Of a stretch of 64,000 nucleotides of DNA, positions 41,301 to 46,025 are shown in pieces (the stretch's first letter is position 1; each line of letters begins with the position of its first letter). A program made the translations under genes and the position numbers. The notes below the pieces were generated by a model that searched no databases, was not told the origin of the DNA, and saw only the letters and a list, made by a program, of their open reading frames with translations. Origin of the DNA: an uncultured bacterium. Lineage in GTDB: Bacteria; Patescibacteriota; Minisyncoccia; UBA6257; GWB1-50-10. The stretch covers positions 459,082 to 523,081 of the forward strand of contig CAVYJB010000002.1 in the NCBI GenBank assembly GCA_963768835.1. The letters are read 5' to 3'.

Positions 41301-42644
41301 ACTGCGAACGTGAAGGTCCGCTGGACCGCGGGTGCGACAACCACCATCTTCAACGGCGTGAACTGGAACGGACAGGCGAGCACGACGCGCATCGCGTTTC
41401 GAAGTTCGGTCTCGGGCACGCCTTGGGGCCTTATCGTGGAATCAACCTCCTCTGTTTTCAACGTGGACACGAAAGATTCGAATGCTTGCGGCCAAGCTAC
41501 CTCCTCTGCCCCGAACACAGCGAACAGCGCGACGACCATTACGGCGGGCAACGGCACGAGCCTGGACAGCGGGGGGAACTACTGCTGGAGCTTCGCCTCC
41601 TCCACGCAGACCCAATCCATCACGCTCACCCTAGACACCAATACTTTAAATCTCCCGAGCCTGACGCCGGGGGCTCCGGTCAAGGCGACCACGACCGCGA
41701 CCGTTAGTATCACAAACACAGGTGGGAGCGGGTACACCCTCTTTTTCAATCGGATCGCCACGACCTCGACGCTCACAGCTTTGGGAAGTGGCGGCGCCTC
41801 CTCGTCGGGGCCCTTTAATACCGCGACCGTCGTGAACGATGTCACGACCGGCACGATTGCATGGACCAGTCCGGGGAATGCAACGACGAGCGATAACGTG
41901 GTGGCATCGTCCGGCGTCTTCGGCGTCGTGGAGTCGAACTATCTGAAAGCGACAAACTTCGGTTTCTCCATCCCCTCGACCGCCACGGTGACTGGCATCA
42001 AGGTAGAGGTGCGGCGGGAGGATTCGAACTTGAACGCCTATGATGCATCCGTTCGTATTGTGAAGGGCGGGACCATCCAGAACGCGGTTGACGAGGCGAG
42101 TTCGACCGTGTGGCCGGTGTCGATGGCTTACGCCACATACGGTTCCTCCACGGATCTTTGGGGTACCACGTGGGCGCCCTCCGACATCAACGCTTCGAAC
42201 TTCGGTTTCGTGTTGGCGTGCCGGGGGGTCAGCTTCGGGGACACCTGCTGGGTCGACCAGATCCGCATCACGGCTTATTACACGGTCCCCGGTTACACCG
42301 GTGTAGCCACCTTCCCCGACTACGCGGCCTGGGCACCGACCGGCACGACTTGTTCACCGGGAGAGGGGAATGGGACCACAACCCCCAACCGGGCCTTTTC
42401 CTTCCGCGTCCAACAATCCGGCACGAACTCCAATTACTGTACAAACTGGTGGGGAGCAAACGATACCCTAGGCACCGCCATCTACGCTGGTACTCCGACC
42501 TCAACCCAGACCATCATGAATTGTCCTACCTGCAATTCCGGTACCACCGTAACCTACATTCTCTATCAGGCGGACGCTCCGGCGACCCAACCGATCGCTA
42601 GTTATACGGGTCAGGTCACTATCACGGCGCTTGCGAACCCATAA
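29358..42644 (+). CDS. giant (4,428 aa) membrane-anchored multidomain surface protein
   Basis: Uninterrupted 13.3-kb ORF. The N-terminal TM (AIPIFILAAALAIVGTY) is followed by a P/S/T-rich linker.
The Gly-rich domain WTAPTNIYGTTTMEAWGAGGGGGGVNTSNEGGGGGGGGAY resembles PF12810.
Seven tandem ..IALNAASGTMYVAGYD...EWRIEARNLSDGSLIYAT.. units resemble SBBP beta-propeller repeats.
Two DUF2341-like modules (WLYRKLITITGSLVSGTQTGFPVLV...YIYYGNAGASNQQNATSTWD) are each followed by a LamG-like domain.
Six Kelch-like W..DGVNWT repeats follow.
The C-terminal domain ends ...YTGQVTITALANP*, the motif shared with the downstream small proteins. Confidence 0.85.
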   Translation: MTVPKPKTPRTRKPRVPKNPTVQPTPISDVLEGGRRTIYLRERFPRLVQLSRQRFAIPIFILAAALAIVGTYQALFVHADLTTLYPSSCLGGWRYPGNATGKPDIPLDIVPDLNQFTTANSAISDGGESPLFCGSFTGDTLDPAATITHVRLRFSLAAFFGLDAVKRGAAAAAAPAGNAPGDVPLLILDTRPSSTEPSALPEEGSSTPTEESFSTSSTGSTASPQVPSASSGQADSTDTSPTATDTPPTPSAPPVLPPPSDASGTLPSAALRTLAELFFPHAAAQEASASTPSTNPPQADSTSSPEADSIPSIDSGQANPPQAASAPNDETSTSPVLVSPPLPSVPSSTPPTSSTSSGEAPSGSAPPLELSASSTNATGTQNSELVPTSTSSSSPEESPAPSPEPPAPAPADTTSTAFLVVSYTLDGQTWQPLGYVTPDNWQQANFDVPVTSTDDISKLQVSVESVLTADQPPVVYLDGMALEVSYGPPPAPKSLTPEDINKLSRVQVDANKLFRAARHDFRAGETPSFEIDIPSSTDALLSSPSSSVSTSTLDAPGEETVPGASTTPSEGDIPSSSPASGFLDSLRKLAGIPDAAAQTSSSSIQRVEVLDIFNNPVDVQPQVVQNGNQIVINFPAPPRAFRPGRYQLDVEVLVGDTVYASEQDFTWGILALNLDRSIFTPGQTAYLQMAALSDEGDTLCNANLSLSITDPGGTVTHVPVQPGASCGPNNVTDVPDYTAHYSVGNTTGVYTITLENQDTGHTITDTFQVQNSVPFDVERIGATRINPFMSDYRMRFRVTANQGFDGTVQEQLPQGFAVIDPGGGDVAAGDAATILGWEVHLAAGQSIELSYVYRAPRVSPQFYLLGPAQFIHQAGVLDKIVGFLFSNLTGSQPPVVFQEARQWQLAADASNPATIRQEINILDHTFTAGTVATSSMEIVNLNPTQYATGTNTFYFEIVASTTGVVATATLQEAGGLIDATTTIPATATSSTLIRTAFTPNAATTNYIVGLQGLSSGSAYLQAARIVVKEAATNFTNTETQIEIGNYETGKTNTATSSLSKPKYWLYTSSSWDGTKTFYAEVTYQTSASVTTSSIASSSLYTAAGNFTWTAPTNIYGTTTMEAWGAGGGGGGVNTSNEGGGGGGGGAYARVNSSTTPAGTPLAVTVGAAGGAGASSGGTGGVGSTSTIATSTVVAQGGNGGVGNDGAGGTGTTTQSVGDVKFAGGTGSAGASASYSGGGGGGAGSTGAGGSVTATTTAGLGTTVGGGNGGAGRLSSSAGVGNNGNQAGGGGSGGYRGSSTNRAGGSGGPGEAKLTYSLLVTTTTFATTTVSLQEDNGAFGGWTDKLIILAAGVNTTSTRVRAGPFTPTDGRHYRLAFTNATTTRAFNIYNAKIIVDQAGNPTMLEPQYLLANTALGTGTSLQGFQTKWDSTEWSNVSNVYLHEVEATSSATSTIELDTTGGSQVAGSSIANPSNLATSTLTMPASQNFDVKATANYGGIYADRILVDVSSILPVFEQTAYRWYQNANIANLLFGVGGATSSNPSAGDDEANGIALNAASGTMYVAGYDNASGTEWRIEARNLSNGSLIYATNSIPTLNSPEANAIAINAASGTMYVVGSANPVLGNLQWRIEARNLSDGSLIYATTSNLAVGTNIATAIALNAASGTMYVAGYDNSLGGGDLEWRIEARNLSDGSLIYATTSNPTVNTNEATAIALNAASGTMYVAGYDSPSVSEWRIEARNLSNGSLIYATTTAPTAGGDQATSIALNTASGTMYVAGSENSTGKWRIEARNLSDGSLVYRQSLSLTTSDKAKTIALNTALGTMYVAGYDNFAADTEWHIEARNLSDGSQVYGTSSNPTAGLDEANGIALNAASGKMYVAGYDSGGGTEWRIEARNLSDGTLLSTITSLVPGTPLAAQNTSTTLGTVTASSTFRLRLLLKDSVATSTNSKFNLQVASTTVGNCPGNYTGLTYTNVPTSTGYITYNTNSNITYGTVIATSTNDPTNGGDTVIPETYNDQNPFSVASAIGLGQDGEWDFSLVSSSSMPTSTAFCFRAVNTSGQLLTTTTATQIPEIDTPNISAGSTISGYLYSDEGVTLTTSTVKIAVNGSTQFSSTTIASWYNPSWLYRKLITITGSLVSGTQTGFPVLVNTTDPNWAYTGNGGHMGSSTGYDALFTAADGVTKLNHEVESYNATSGQLVAWVQIPQLTASTTFYIYYGNAGASNQQNATSTWDVNYAGVWHMNEVGAATTTVPDSTGNRNTGTKLSASQPFATSGPIAGALAFDGSAAKITTPFTATTTSFTLSGWVYSTSTATTGTVNNAMAGSVNSSRGFAFWPEWGNPAPPQQDNLIVYGSSGTVSLQTSDNFNRGGWFYFVATYASPNATVYKNGAFLNSQSVAVGTTTNVGFDIGDRGDGAHFWPGDIAEVRLSTIARSAAWILTEYNNQSAPGVFYTVGPELASGEYSFTLGSSLNTGDVITVWMGNGISARTGATVTRWSNSLSTLSGLNIYQQHLIARHEDTGPLTDANILLCSKTAGSACSDPDLHFAAGTNPSDLTVDPDWGLYLWGGKTFSPNGTVTLSAGTTSSTYGGTLKWGSSSTMLAASTSTLSIGGSWLNAVDGLFFSSSGQVTFFTGSSSPVYSVDSTGNSFQNIVFGSSTPATSTAWYSASWLHRKLINITGSLVSGTQTNFPVLVSTVDPNLAYTGNGGHVGTSTGNDILFTAADGVTKLNHEIESYTSSTGALVAWVQVPQLTSTTSLYIYYGNAGASNQQNATSTWDPTFLGVWHLGDSASSATSIDSTGNGYSAKKQAVNNPAAISTGTIDGASSFNGSTSFASTSKPLNLNSTTTISAWVKRYTTGAIQLYFTKTDAHAGNSDYAVGFEGPGANVDKFQFWDSNLNPGTLYAARTITDTNWHQLVVVTDFHWYASFYVDGAFVNTGTYDGNNSQTIHSYPTHIGDAFGNAPDLYWMNGAVDELRVASSPRSAAWILTEFNNESSPGTFLTVKPEDSYPGGVWNITSDLNASGNLAVVTGTVVGSANVLIAGGNATSSGGTLSFAGGTFTLAHPGFYGGLQPWSLYNFIASSGASGITTTTGTGTTTVTGAFTIWPGSGFNAATSTFVLTAISGAPFVPQGTFLPATSTVLFTGDGNITIASTTYYNLTLSPTLTASRAYSLGGPGIIQFIQATSTVTTTTAASVTFPSPVGAGDTIIGSMIEPSGSTVQVGDTRGNSYTIAVGSFPDPLGDLIYMFYAPNVAGGPTTVIATSSLASPAFNELNITEYSGLNTVSSLDAISTGTSVGGGVNPTTATTTITSAKELIWAYGPDLGSGLSAGASFTPRLVTQGDTVEDKIVSTAGSYSAYMIATTTSNWAIVMGTFKTGPGSGIPGATTINNNFLINPTSSSALNLDVTLASTTTVLGGTTVMSGGSSTSTLDTTPSNSSLTTGNLTIQAGDGMNANGSNVTLTGINSPLVNNGLLSVGTSTFIYTGAGATVVNASTTYWNLTLQPVSSGAAFGYQMATGTPLTVSSTLNVNGSGDEGANWTQATSSAAWAGRKSEPALVYHGKLWLLGGQLSGPVATSSVWSSSDGVNWTFMGYAPWTARYSAAGLVYKDKMWIMGGTDQSAARKNDVWWSTDGVNWTQATSSATWAAREAPRAVVFKGYMWIVGGYIGSVTHDVYYSSSGIAWATATSSANWSIRYYNALVVKDGKMWVYGGYGGVDDCASGSRNDVWWSSDGVNWTQATASAPWACRWQLSYGVYDNKLWVVGGYDSSAGYRTDAWYSPDGVNWTMATSGTATKTNDTPLLAFQNRLWRIGGENGSYLNNVWYTPSSTLTVTLGATTTVASTTNVNAGILDATSLNYPLTTMNLAVGPGGTLTGRGSALLATGDVSINGYGRDNGGILQSTTNTLTIQGNYTQTGTFASGTTGTVLFNGSAQQVLAGEMTGGNAFGLLTFANNSGGDPSSTPSLIVSSSLDAATSTITTANVKVRWTAGATTTIFNGVNWNGQASTTRIAFRSSVSGTPWGLIVESTSSVFNVDTKDSNACGQATSSAPNTANSATTITAGNGTSLDSGGNYCWSFASSTQTQSITLTLDTNTLNLPSLTPGAPVKATTTATVSITNTGGSGYTLFFNRIATTSTLTALGSGGASSSGPFNTATVVNDVTTGTIAWTSPGNATTSDNVVASSGVFGVVESNYLKATNFGFSIPSTATVTGIKVEVRREDSNLNAYDASVRIVKGGTIQNAVDEASSTVWPVSMAYATYGSSTDLWGTTWAPSDINASNFGFVLACRGVSFGDTCWVDQIRITAYYTVPGYTGVATFPDYAAWAPTGTTCSPGEGNGTTTPNRAFSFRVQQSGTNSNYCTNWWGANDTLGTAIYAGTPTSTQTIMNCPTCNSGTTVTYILYQADAPATQPIASYTGQVTITALANP
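33960..35100 (+). repeat. seven tandem ~156-165-nt coding repeats (beta-propeller SBBP-like) within the giant gene
   Basis: TGGCGCATCGAAGCCCGCAACCT recurs near 34077, 34239, 34404, 34560, 34713, 34868 and 35024. Confidence 0.75.
35710..38380 (+). repeat. internal duplication of a ~1.0-kb DUF2341+LamG-like module (copies at ~35710-36730 and ~37350-38380)
   Basis: WYNPSWLYRKLITITGSLVSGTQTGFPVLVNTTDPNWAYTGNGGHMG...ARSAAWILTEYNN aligns with WYSASWLHRKLINITGSLVSGTQTNFPVLVSTVDPNLAYTGNGGHVG...PRSAAWILTEFNN. Confidence 0.75.
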
Positions 42645-42709
42645 TGATGCTCTGGAGACTACCATCTCCCAATCCTGTGGATAATTTAGCATTCAGAACG
42701 ACTTTGGTA

Positions 42710-42718
42710 TGGTATACT
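42710..42718 (+). promoter_or_regulatory. extended -10 promoter element TGGTATACT upstream of the small WxL-like gene
   Basis: TTTGGTATGGTATACT. The same TGTGGTATACT element recurs upstream of the paralog at 48193-48201. Confidence 0.4.
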
Positions 42719-42798
42719 TATCCAGTAGCGAGGCATTTCCTCTCCAATCACCAAAATTCAAGAAAAGAAAAGGTCGGAACGACAGTTTGTATGAAAAA

Positions 42799-43497
42799 AT
42801 GAGGAATCACATTAATTTAGAGACCGTTATAGGAGGGATTGCGGTTGTAGGCATGGCCGCGTTTATGTTCAGTGGAGTAGCGGGGTCGTTCTGGTCCGTT
42901 TTGGACATCCAGCACGCTTTTGCCGGCACTTCCACTTCGACCAACCAGACCATTAACCTGACCGTGAACCAGGTTATCACGCTTTTTCTTTCCACAACGA
43001 CGCTCACGCTGCCATCCCTCACGCCTGGCATCCCGGTTTCAGGGAATGCATCGGCAACCGTCACGACAAATGCCGACCAGGGTTTCCAGCTTCTCTTCAA
43101 TCGCGTGAATAACCCGACCTCGACCCTAACCTACGGCGCCACCTCGACCTTCCCGGATGCGACGAACACCTGGAACCCGACGTTGTTCGGTGGTGTTGGT
43201 AACGCAACAGACACGACCCGCACAGTGGTTCAGTCGGACCTTTCTTTCCGCGTGGCATCCTCTGGAACCACCGGTTCGCTCCTGAACACTTCGTACTGGG
43301 GTTCGGTTGACACGGACGGTGTTGGGCAGGCGGAGTATGCAGGTTTCCCGACCACAAGTCAGGTCGTTGCTTCGACAAGTACTTATACCGGTGTCTCGCA
43401 GATCATCACCTATAAGGTACGTGCGGACGCTCCGCTGACGCAACGATCCGGTACTTATTCCGGTCAGATTACCATCACAGCGACGGCGCAGCCATAG
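42799..43497 (+). CDS. small secreted WxL-like (SCPU/WxL-like) surface protein, member of a local paralog family
   Basis: Signal anchor followed by AGTSTSTNQTINLTVNQVITLFLSTTTLTLPSLTPGIPVSGNASATVTTNADQGFQL. The C-terminus RSGTYSGQITITATAQP* matches the C-terminus of the giant protein (YTGQVTITALANP*) and of 48226..48896 (YTGQITITATALP*). Start chosen downstream of the promoter element. Confidence 0.6.
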   Translation: MRNHINLETVIGGIAVVGMAAFMFSGVAGSFWSVLDIQHAFAGTSTSTNQTINLTVNQVITLFLSTTTLTLPSLTPGIPVSGNASATVTTNADQGFQLLFNRVNNPTSTLTYGATSTFPDATNTWNPTLFGGVGNATDTTRTVVQSDLSFRVASSGTTGSLLNTSYWGSVDTDGVGQAEYAGFPTTSQVVASTSTYTGVSQIITYKVRADAPLTQRSGTYSGQITITATAQP

Positions 43498-43685
43498 TTT
43501 TACCCCGCTGGGGTTTCTTCTTGGGAAGAGCCTGTGACTCTCTCGACCTCAGCGGGTGCGTCGCCAACCGCTCGTGTAGTTCTCTGTCCCGTTTCTTTGG
43601 TAGATTGACAGAGAGCAAGAGTGGGGCCACAATTTCTCCTGAAGGAGTTCTCCTGCCTGAGGGGAGCGATGCTACCATAAATGTA

Positions 43686-44591
43686 ATGAAGAGGAAAGTA
43701 TTCAGCCTTTCGGTTCTTGTTCTGTCAGTCGTGTTCGGTATGTTGCTTTTTCCATCCGCAGGTTTTGCGCAGGTGGGTATTTCTTTGTTCCCGATTAAGT
43801 TTCGCGTGACGATAAACCCGGGCGATACGTACTCCGACACGGTCACGGTCATGAACCCGAACAGCTTTCCAATTGGTGTCCAGCCAGAGATCGAGAACAT
43901 CGGTGGGGGCGATGAGGGCGCCATTACGCTCATTGCGGGCGATGCGCCCTACGGCCTCATGTCATGGATCCAGATGACCAAGGACCCGTTCACCCTAGCG
44001 CCGAACGAGCGACGCCAGGTACCTTTTAGCATCGTGATTCCCAAAGATGGTGAACCCGGTGGTCACTACGGAGCTATCCTTTTCCGAGCCATCCAACCCA
44101 CGAATGGCACTTCCACTCAAAGTGGTGTAGGAGTCTCGGGACGCGTCGGGAGTGTCATCTTGGTAGAGGTTCCTGGAGCGACCCAAAAGACCGGAGAACT
44201 CTACAATTTTACGGGCCCGTCTTATATGTCTCACGGACCCGTCACGTTCACTTTTCATGTAAAAGACACAGGAAACACTCACTTTGATCCCACTGGTGCG
44301 GTGACAGTGAGCGGATGGTTCATGGCGGACGCGGTGCTTCCTTTTGAGTCGCGCGTCGTCTTCCCGGGGTACTCGCGGACTTTCACGGCCACATGGCCGT
44401 CCCGCTATGCTTTTGGCCCGCTCACAGCAAAGGTGGAGGTACAAATGCCGGATGGAGGTACACAGGTAGCTACCCTGTCCTTCTTCGCGTTTCCATGGCA
44501 GGAAGGCCTTATCGTAGTGGTGGGCCTTTCCGCTCTGTGGTTTGTGGCTCGCTTTTTCAAACGAAAGTTCAAGATCGTGAAGGTTTCCTAG
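43686..44591 (+). CDS. CscA-like (DUF916/DUF3324-like) secreted protein with C-terminal transmembrane anchor
   Basis: Signal peptide (MKRKVFSLSVLVLSVVFGMLLFPSAGFAQ), beta-rich Ig-like domains (FPIKFRVTINPGDTYSDTVTVMNPNSFPIG ... HYGAILFRAIQP ... GRVGSVILVEVPG) and a C-terminal TM plus basic tail (LIVVVGLSALWFVARFFKRKFKIVKVS). This mirrors WxL-interacting proteins of Firmicutes csc clusters. The assignment is inference. Confidence 0.5.
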   Translation: MKRKVFSLSVLVLSVVFGMLLFPSAGFAQVGISLFPIKFRVTINPGDTYSDTVTVMNPNSFPIGVQPEIENIGGGDEGAITLIAGDAPYGLMSWIQMTKDPFTLAPNERRQVPFSIVIPKDGEPGGHYGAILFRAIQPTNGTSTQSGVGVSGRVGSVILVEVPGATQKTGELYNFTGPSYMSHGPVTFTFHVKDTGNTHFDPTGAVTVSGWFMADAVLPFESRVVFPGYSRTFTATWPSRYAFGPLTAKVEVQMPDGGTQVATLSFFAFPWQEGLIVVVGLSALWFVARFFKRKFKIVKVS

Positions 44592-44605
44592 TGCCCTACG
44601 TATGA

Positions 44606-45097
44606 ATGCGTATCTTGCACCCTTTTGCTCGTTCTTTTCTCGCATTTTTTTCTGCGCTCGTTCTTTCGATTGAGTTCCCCGCGCTGCCGATAGCCCGTGC
44701 GCAGATTTTGACGACTTCGAGTTCGCAGACCGTGACTGTTGAGGTCTGCCCCTGCGAGATTCCTCCACCTCCTCCACCGCCCCCCCCACCGCCTCCCAGT
44801 GGAGGCGGTGGGGGTGTTTTCGGCGGCACTCTTCTGTCACCGCTTCCCCCCGCGCCGGCGCGCCCTATACCCTCGAAGCGCATTCTCCGGTCGGTGGATT
44901 TCAACCACGATGGCAAGGTGGACATTATCGACCTCTCCATCCTTCTCTACTACTACAACCGTTTTAGGCCAGGGGTCGACCGTGCGGATGTTGATATCAA
45001 CGGTGATGGGGTCGTGGATCTAACCGATGTCTCTATCTTTCTCTATTATTGGGGCGGCTCCGGCGTCATCGAGGTGGCGAGTGGAACAGGAAATTGA
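44606..45097 (+). CDS. secreted dockerin-domain protein with poly-proline linker
   Basis: Signal peptide, P12 plus G5 linker, then two Ca-binding dockerin repeats (DFNHDGKVDIIDLSILLYYY and DINGDGVVDLTDVSIFLYYW). Confidence 0.6.
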   Translation: MRILHPFARSFLAFFSALVLSIEFPALPIARAQILTTSSSQTVTVEVCPCEIPPPPPPPPPPPPSGGGGGVFGGTLLSPLPPAPARPIPSKRILRSVDFNHDGKVDIIDLSILLYYYNRFRPGVDRADVDINGDGVVDLTDVSIFLYYWGGSGVIEVASGTGN

Positions 45098-45099
45098 CC

Positions 45100-46020
45100 A
45101 TGAGAAAGTTTTTTCCAATATTTATTGGATCCCTCGCGCTCCTTTGTGCGCCCGCTCTCGCGTCTGCGCGAGTAAGTTTCTCGTTCGAAGGATACACGCC
45201 GCCGGGACTTTCCGCCGCGGATTTTGGCGTTCGCATCCTCGTGGATTCAGATGAACCCGTAAATGCCTTTGATCTTATCGTGTCCTACCCAGTGGGGCTT
45301 GCAAAGCTTACCGGTATCGATACCAGCCGCTCCATTGCGGATCTCTGGCAGAGCTCTCTCACACCACCCGATGGGAACCAAGTCCCGCTCGTGGGCGCGG
45401 CTACCAAGCCGTTCATCGGGACCCACGGGGAGTTCGCGACCCTTATCTTTAATGGTCTGCGGGTTGGCTCAAGCACGCTCCATTTTGTCCAGGCGGATGT
45501 CTATCGTGCGGACGGAAAGGGGACGCTGGCCGAGGTGGAGACACAGGATCAGAGCCTTGCGCTCTACGCCGTGCAGGTGGAAACAACCTCCACAGAATCC
45601 GTGAGCGAGGCAAGCGGTGTAGGCCAGGTGCAAAATGGACCCACACCCGCAGGAGCGGGCCCCACTATCGGCGACCTTCGCATTGTGGACAACTCCTTCG
45701 CACCCGGAGAAAAACTTCTCATCTTTACGGTGGGAGAAACTAATGGCGTTCTCCGCCGTACAGCGGTCCGCACCCGTTCTTGGCTTTTTTGGAGCGCTTG
45801 GCAAGAGGCGCGGAACCCCTTTCCTGTTCCATCTGGCGCTTGGGCAGTGGATTTCGCCGCTGTCGACAGCCTTGGGAACGTAGCTGAGCGCGTGTTGTAT
45901 CGTTCCGACATTATATTGGAGAAGGGAGGCCTCGTCCTCGCGGTTATCATTCTCCTTTTGCTCGCTCGATACTATTTTGTGCGGAGGAGAAGAAAGCGCG
46001 CGCTCCAAAGTGTACAATAA
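45100..46020 (+). CDS. cohesin-domain protein with C-terminal transmembrane anchor
   Basis: Signal peptide followed by a cohesin-like beta-sandwich (FSFEGYTPPGLSAADFGVRILVDSDEPVNAFDLIVSYPVGLAKLTGID ... GEFATLIFNGLRVGSSTLHFVQADVY) and a C-terminal TM (LVLAVIILLLLARYYFVRRRRKRA). The ATG at 45100 sits 2 nt after the dockerin gene stop. Confidence 0.55.
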   Translation: MRKFFPIFIGSLALLCAPALASARVSFSFEGYTPPGLSAADFGVRILVDSDEPVNAFDLIVSYPVGLAKLTGIDTSRSIADLWQSSLTPPDGNQVPLVGAATKPFIGTHGEFATLIFNGLRVGSSTLHFVQADVYRADGKGTLAEVETQDQSLALYAVQVETTSTESVSEASGVGQVQNGPTPAGAGPTIGDLRIVDNSFAPGEKLLIFTVGETNGVLRRTAVRTRSWLFWSAWQEARNPFPVPSGAWAVDFAAVDSLGNVAERVLYRSDIILEKGGLVLAVIILLLLARYYFVRRRRKRALQSVQ

Positions 46021-46025
46021 GAAGC

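Noticed and set aside
29448-42601. Dozens of 60-220-codon ORFs on the minus strand and in alternate + frames inside the giant gene (for example 31476..32129 -, 33087..33680 -, 38418..39023 -, 42110..42601 +)
   Set aside because: All lie entirely within the uninterrupted 13.3-kb ORF, which has coherent domain content. They are shadow ORFs typical of GC-rich sequence.
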